A stretch of 64,000 nucleotides of DNA, from assembly GCA_022763045.1 (NCBI GenBank), contig JALEGI010000007.1, positions 64,555-128,554 on the forward strand, written 5' to 3'. A program made the position numbers and the translations under genes. The stretch's first letter is position 1. Each line of letters starts with the position of its first letter. The DNA is from Simkaniaceae bacterium (GTDB taxonomy: Bacteria > Chlamydiota > Chlamydiia > Chlamydiales > JACRBE01). The notes beneath the pieces are model-generated. The model did no database searches. It was not told the origin of the DNA and worked only from the letters and a program-made list of their open reading frames with translations. This document shows positions 61,458 to 64,000 of the stretch, in pieces.

Positions 61458-62476
61458 AGTTTCTCCGTCAGTTGTCGAATCAGATGCTCGAAATGCTCGC
61501 TACCCTCAGTAATTTTCAAAGAGAGCGAGGCGCAGTAAATCGGTAGCCTCTTCATCTGTGGACTCAACTTGACCCAATCCTTTTCGGTACAGATCAAGCT
61601 CTGAGCCCCTTTAGCTCGAGCGCGCAGTAAAAACGCCTCAAGCTCATTTGCATCGAAGGGACTGTGGTCGGCTAAAAAGAGCCGATCGACCACGTCCAGG
61701 CCGATGCCTTTTAAACTTTTTTCTACTCGCTCAGGCCTAGCAATTGCGCAAAAGAGCGCGACGCGCGCCTCATCTAGTGCCTTGCCCTGAGCATTTTCTA
61801 TCTTACCAATCTCACTCTTCACGCGAATTTGCGGGGCATGTGTATTCAGTTGCCCATCGCCAGTAATGAAGATGTAGTCGGCTTTTGCAATCCTGGCAGG
61901 ATCGTCTCTTAAAAAACCCATTGGGAGGTAGCCTCCCTTTTCAGCGCCATCGACCACGACAATTTCCATATCGCGGTAGAGGGCCCTGTGCTGCATTCCA
62001 TCGTCAAGCAGCGCTAAATTTCTCTTTGTCGCCTGCGCCCCGTCAAAGCGCCTTTTTGCAACAATCACCTCAGCTTCAGGGCTGCGCCGCTTTAACATCA
62101 GCGGCTCATCGCCCACAGCTTCAGCATAATCGCTCTCATGCACACTCTGCACACCCCGAACTCGAGAGCGATACCCCCTCGAAACGATCGCAACGTTGCC
62201 CAAGCGTTCTGCTAAAAGGGAAACAACAGGGCTCTTGCCACTGCCGCCTGCATAGACAGAACCGACGCTCACCACATACGGCTTGGCCCTCTTGATACGC
62301 AGCCACCCCCAGTCGTAGAGGGCATTTCTCAACTTAATCACACCTGCGTAGGGAAGTGAGAGGAGCCAAAAAAGTCCCCGCGCACGCCCTCGAGTAATGA
62401 GAGAGACGAGGCGAGACTCTGCCCTAAGAATAAGCCGCGCTTGCATAGGCCTCGGGATGGGTCTCTTTCTCAGCAA
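61454..62476 (-). CDS. lpxK: Tetraacyldisaccharide 4'-kinase (lipid A biosynthesis)
   Basis: The P-loop VVSVGSVYAGGSGKSPVV, then IVSRGY, GDEPLML and LLDDGMQH. The start is uncertain: the tracked ATG at 62476 overlaps gmhA by 53 nt, and an in-frame ATG at 62446 is possible. Confidence 0.8.
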   Translation of the reverse strand: MLRKRPIPRPMQARLILRAESRLVSLITRGRARGLFWLLSLPYAGVIKLRNALYDWGWLRIKRAKPYVVSVGSVYAGGSGKSPVVSLLAERLGNVAIVSRGYRSRVRGVQSVHESDYAEAVGDEPLMLKRRSPEAEVIVAKRRFDGAQATKRNLALLDDGMQHRALYRDMEIVVVDGAEKGGYLPMGFLRDDPARIAKADYIFITGDGQLNTHAPQIRVKSEIGKIENAQGKALDEARVALFCAIARPERVEKSLKGIGLDVVDRLFLADHSPFDANELEAFLLRARAKGAQSLICTEKDWVKLSPQMKRLPIYCASLSLKITEGSEHFEHLIRQLTEKL

Positions 62477-63041
62477 AAAGCTGCAGCTCTACCATCTCAA
62501 TAATGATGTGAATTGCCGCCATGTGCGCCTCTTGAACCCGATCTGAGTAATCGAAACCACTGACAATCCACTCCAAAGAGCACTTGCCCTTTAAACGGCC
62601 ACCACTTTTGCCCAAAAATCCGATCGTCTCGATGCCAAACTCGCTTGCAACCTCAACAGCACGAACCAGATTTTCCGAATTCCCGCTTGTTGTAAGGACG
62701 ATCAAGATATCCTCAGAGCGGCAATAGGCCTCAACACCTCTAGAAAAGACATCCTCAAAGCCCTGATCATTTGACACGCAGGTCAAGTGGCCCGGCTCGC
62801 TCAAAGCAATCGCAGGCAAAGCCATGCGCTTGTGGCGGAAATAGCCCGTGAGCTCCTCAGCAAAGTGCATCGCATCGCATAAGCTACCGCCATTTCCAGC
62901 GATTAGAAGCTTACCCTTGCGCTTGTAGCAATCGGCAATCATCTTCGCAGCCGACTCGATAAAGGCCAGCGACTCATCTCTTTGTAAAAACTGAGCAGCT
63001 TTCACTGCATCAGACACCGAATTCAAAATTTCATTTTGCAT
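62424..63041 (-). CDS. gmhA: Phosphoheptose isomerase (sedoheptulose-7-phosphate isomerase, SIS family)
   Basis: LLIAGNGGSLCDAMHFAEELTG, ILIVLTTSGNSENL and the C-terminal QEAHMAAIHIIIE match GmhA. Confidence 0.85.
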   Translation of the reverse strand: MQNEILNSVSDAVKAAQFLQRDESLAFIESAAKMIADCYKRKGKLLIAGNGGSLCDAMHFAEELTGYFRHKRMALPAIALSEPGHLTCVSNDQGFEDVFSRGVEAYCRSEDILIVLTTSGNSENLVRAVEVASEFGIETIGFLGKSGGRLKGKCSLEWIVSGFDYSDRVQEAHMAAIHIIIEMVELQLFAEKETHPEAYASAAYS

Positions 63042-63117
63042 AAAAAAAACCTTAGGCGAATTCTACACGAAAACGGCAATTAAAATCCACCCAGGCCCAT
63101 TTCACCAGAGCAAAACG

Positions 63118-63292
63118 GCTTGTAAAGCCGCAAGCCGATTTGCACGTGTGCGATTTTTTTAAAACTGCCAAAGTGATTTAACTGCAAGTGCTGTGACGAG
63201 TCCAATAGTATAGTTATTGGTGAGGAACAGCACGCAGCAGATGAATTACTAGGGTCTGTTTTAGGGGAATCTAAGCACTTGTAAAGCGGCTT
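63118..63292 (+). repeat. Repeat element A, copy 2 (right end truncated)
   Basis: Nearly identical to copy 3 (a few substitutions). The left end is gcttgtaaagccgcaagccgatttgca... and the right-end palindrome is cut after cttgtaaagcggctt. Confidence 0.8.
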
Positions 63293-63432
63293 GGCTCCGT
63301 TGCATAAATGCAACGGAGCCGGCCTCACATGACACCGCATCTTCACCCTAACTCTCCTCGCGCAGGGCCTACCCTAGCGGCTTCGTCGAGTTAGCGTAAA
63401 TCTGCGGCCCCCTGCGAGCCCTTAAGGCTCGC
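63293..63432 (-). repeat. Structured repeat element B, copy 3 (full length, inverted orientation, about 70% identity)
   Basis: The reverse complement reads gcgagcc-ttaag-ggctcgc ... ccgca...ctaactc-gacgaag-[cgctaggg..ccctgcg]-cgagga-gagttag...tgcgg... ggctccgttgca-ttta-tgcaacggagcc. All helices are preserved through paired substitutions. Confidence 0.7.
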
Positions 63433-63434
63433 TC

Positions 63435-63458
63435 TAAATCTGATTGAGATCAGATTTA
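63435..63458. repeat. Perfect 10-bp inverted repeat taaatctgat-tgag-atcagattta
   Basis: Seen directly in the sequence, immediately next to B copy 3. Function unknown. Confidence 0.6.
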
Positions 63459-63533
63459 TATGTAGAATCTTTCATTGAATTTAGAGAAAAAATAATAAAG
63501 AGCTATAAGGAGCTGTTTTACCAACGCCAATCA

Positions 63534-63715
63534 GCTTCTAAAGCCGCAAGCCGATTTGCAAGTGTGCGATTTTTTTAAAACTGCTAAAGTGATTTAGCTG
63601 CAAGTGCTGTGACGAGTCCAATAGTATAGCTATTGGTGAGGAACAGCACACAGCAGATGAATTACTAGGGTCTGTTTTAAGGAAATCTAAGCACTTGTAA
63701 AGCGGCTTTACAAGC
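63534..63715 (+). repeat. Repeat element A, copy 3 (complete)
   Basis: gcttctaaagccgcaagccgatttgcaagtgtgcg...gtccaatagtatagctattggtgagg...gcacttgtaaagcggctttacaagc. Same orientation as copy 2, starting 416 bp downstream of it. Confidence 0.8.
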
Positions 63716-63731
63716 CCCATTATTCTTAGCT

Positions 63732-64000
63732 TTACATGGAGTAAAAAGTCAGTTGTAAAGCGGCTTTACAAGCGATTTGATACCAAATTGGTTGACAGCA
63801 GCGCTCAACCAAAGCCTTTTTGAACTCCATCAACTTCTCTGGGTAAAAAATTTCCGTGTCTGCATGTAAAAGGAAGGTAATTTCAAACATCCGCAGTTCT
63901 CGGCGCCTGGGCACCTCCATTTCGAAGTGAAATCCCATACTTGGGATAGAAGCCCTCATCCGTAAATATCTCGGAGAAAATGCATCTATTGCGCCGAGCA
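63732..64000 (-). CDS. Partial ORF continuing beyond the window edge (unknown function). Its last ~15 codons lie in a palindromic repeat
   Basis: The reading frame is open from the window end (…LGAIDAFSPRYLRMRASIPSMGFHFEMEVP…) to the stop at 63732. No family recognised. The C-terminal ...YQIACKAALQLTFYSM is encoded by the repeat at 63727-63783. Confidence 0.3.
   Translation of the reverse strand, partial: LGAIDAFSPRYLRMRASIPSMGFHFEMEVPRRRELRMFEITFLLHADTEIFYPEKLMEFKKALVERCCQPIWYQIACKAALQLTFYSM
63762..63783. repeat. Palindromic motif C copy (gTTGTAAAGC-G-GCTTTACAAgc) with an upstream half-site
   Basis: The half-site gctttacatgg at 63729 and the full palindrome about 25 nt downstream mirror the arrangement at 41939/41960. 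Confidence 0.75.

Noticed and set aside
63118-63715. Possible CRISPR array or other spaced-repeat locus at the window end
   Set aside because: There are only two direct copies of a ~180-bp element separated by about 240 bp of unrelated, structured sequence. The repeat length and number are incompatible with CRISPR, and there are no cas genes in the window.
63080-63720. ORFs 63080-63346 and 63538-63720 encoding similar peptides (…KPLYKCLD.PKTDPSNSS..CCSSPI.ILLDSSQHLQLNHF.SFKKIAH.QIGLRL)
   Set aside because: The similarity simply reflects translation of two copies of repeat element A. There is no start context or SD, and the diverged copy 1 (49848-50030) does not preserve the frame.

Overview
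The window is a chromosomal segment from a member of the Chlamydiae, probably an environmental or amoeba-associated lineage. The taxon call rests on an unmistakable Hc1/HctA histone-H1-like gene (42221-42652), a stand-alone nqrF, and housekeeping genes (efp, epmA, nadE, htpG, yajC, rlmD, kdsD, lpxK, gmhA, icd, an RND efflux operon, several transporters). By eye, from sampled lines, this backbone is about 50-58% GC.

The dominant feature is an island of about 25.6 kb (1160-26785) at about 35-42% GC, inserted between epmA and nadE. It holds 27 consecutive ORFs, and every one begins with a signal-peptide or type-II-anchor-like N-terminus. Fourteen have glycosyltransferase-type domains: 8 GT25-like (3 of them fused to a novel C-terminal module), 2 GT92, 1 GT11 and 3 GT-A/GT2-like. 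Twelve have SAM-methyltransferase-type domains: 8 Methyltransf_24/CmcI-like, 3 FkbM-like and 1 other class I. One is a membrane-anchored protein of unknown fold. The island has no flippase, polymerase, ligase, ABC exporter, priming transferase or sugar-nucleotide genes. I consider this exported glycosylation and methylation toolkit the best candidate for an undescribed system.

Other notable content:
- Two eukaryote-like IQ-motif proteins. One has 7 IQ motifs at myosin-neck spacing, encoded partly by a 138-bp tandem repeat.
- A lipase-motif protein that shares an N-terminal module with the larger IQ protein.
- A proline-rich protein with three internal repeats.
- An SD-sequestering hairpin.
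- A free-standing tRNA-Ala(UGC)/tRNA-Ile(GAU) pair.
- Three families of intergenic repeats: a MITE-like element of about 180 bp, a structured element of about 145 nt with compensatory base changes in five helices, and a dispersed 23-bp palindrome.

No CRISPR array, rRNA, integrase or transposase was seen. All family assignments come from reading the translations for motifs. No database search was run, start codons are approximate, and GC values are eyeball estimates.
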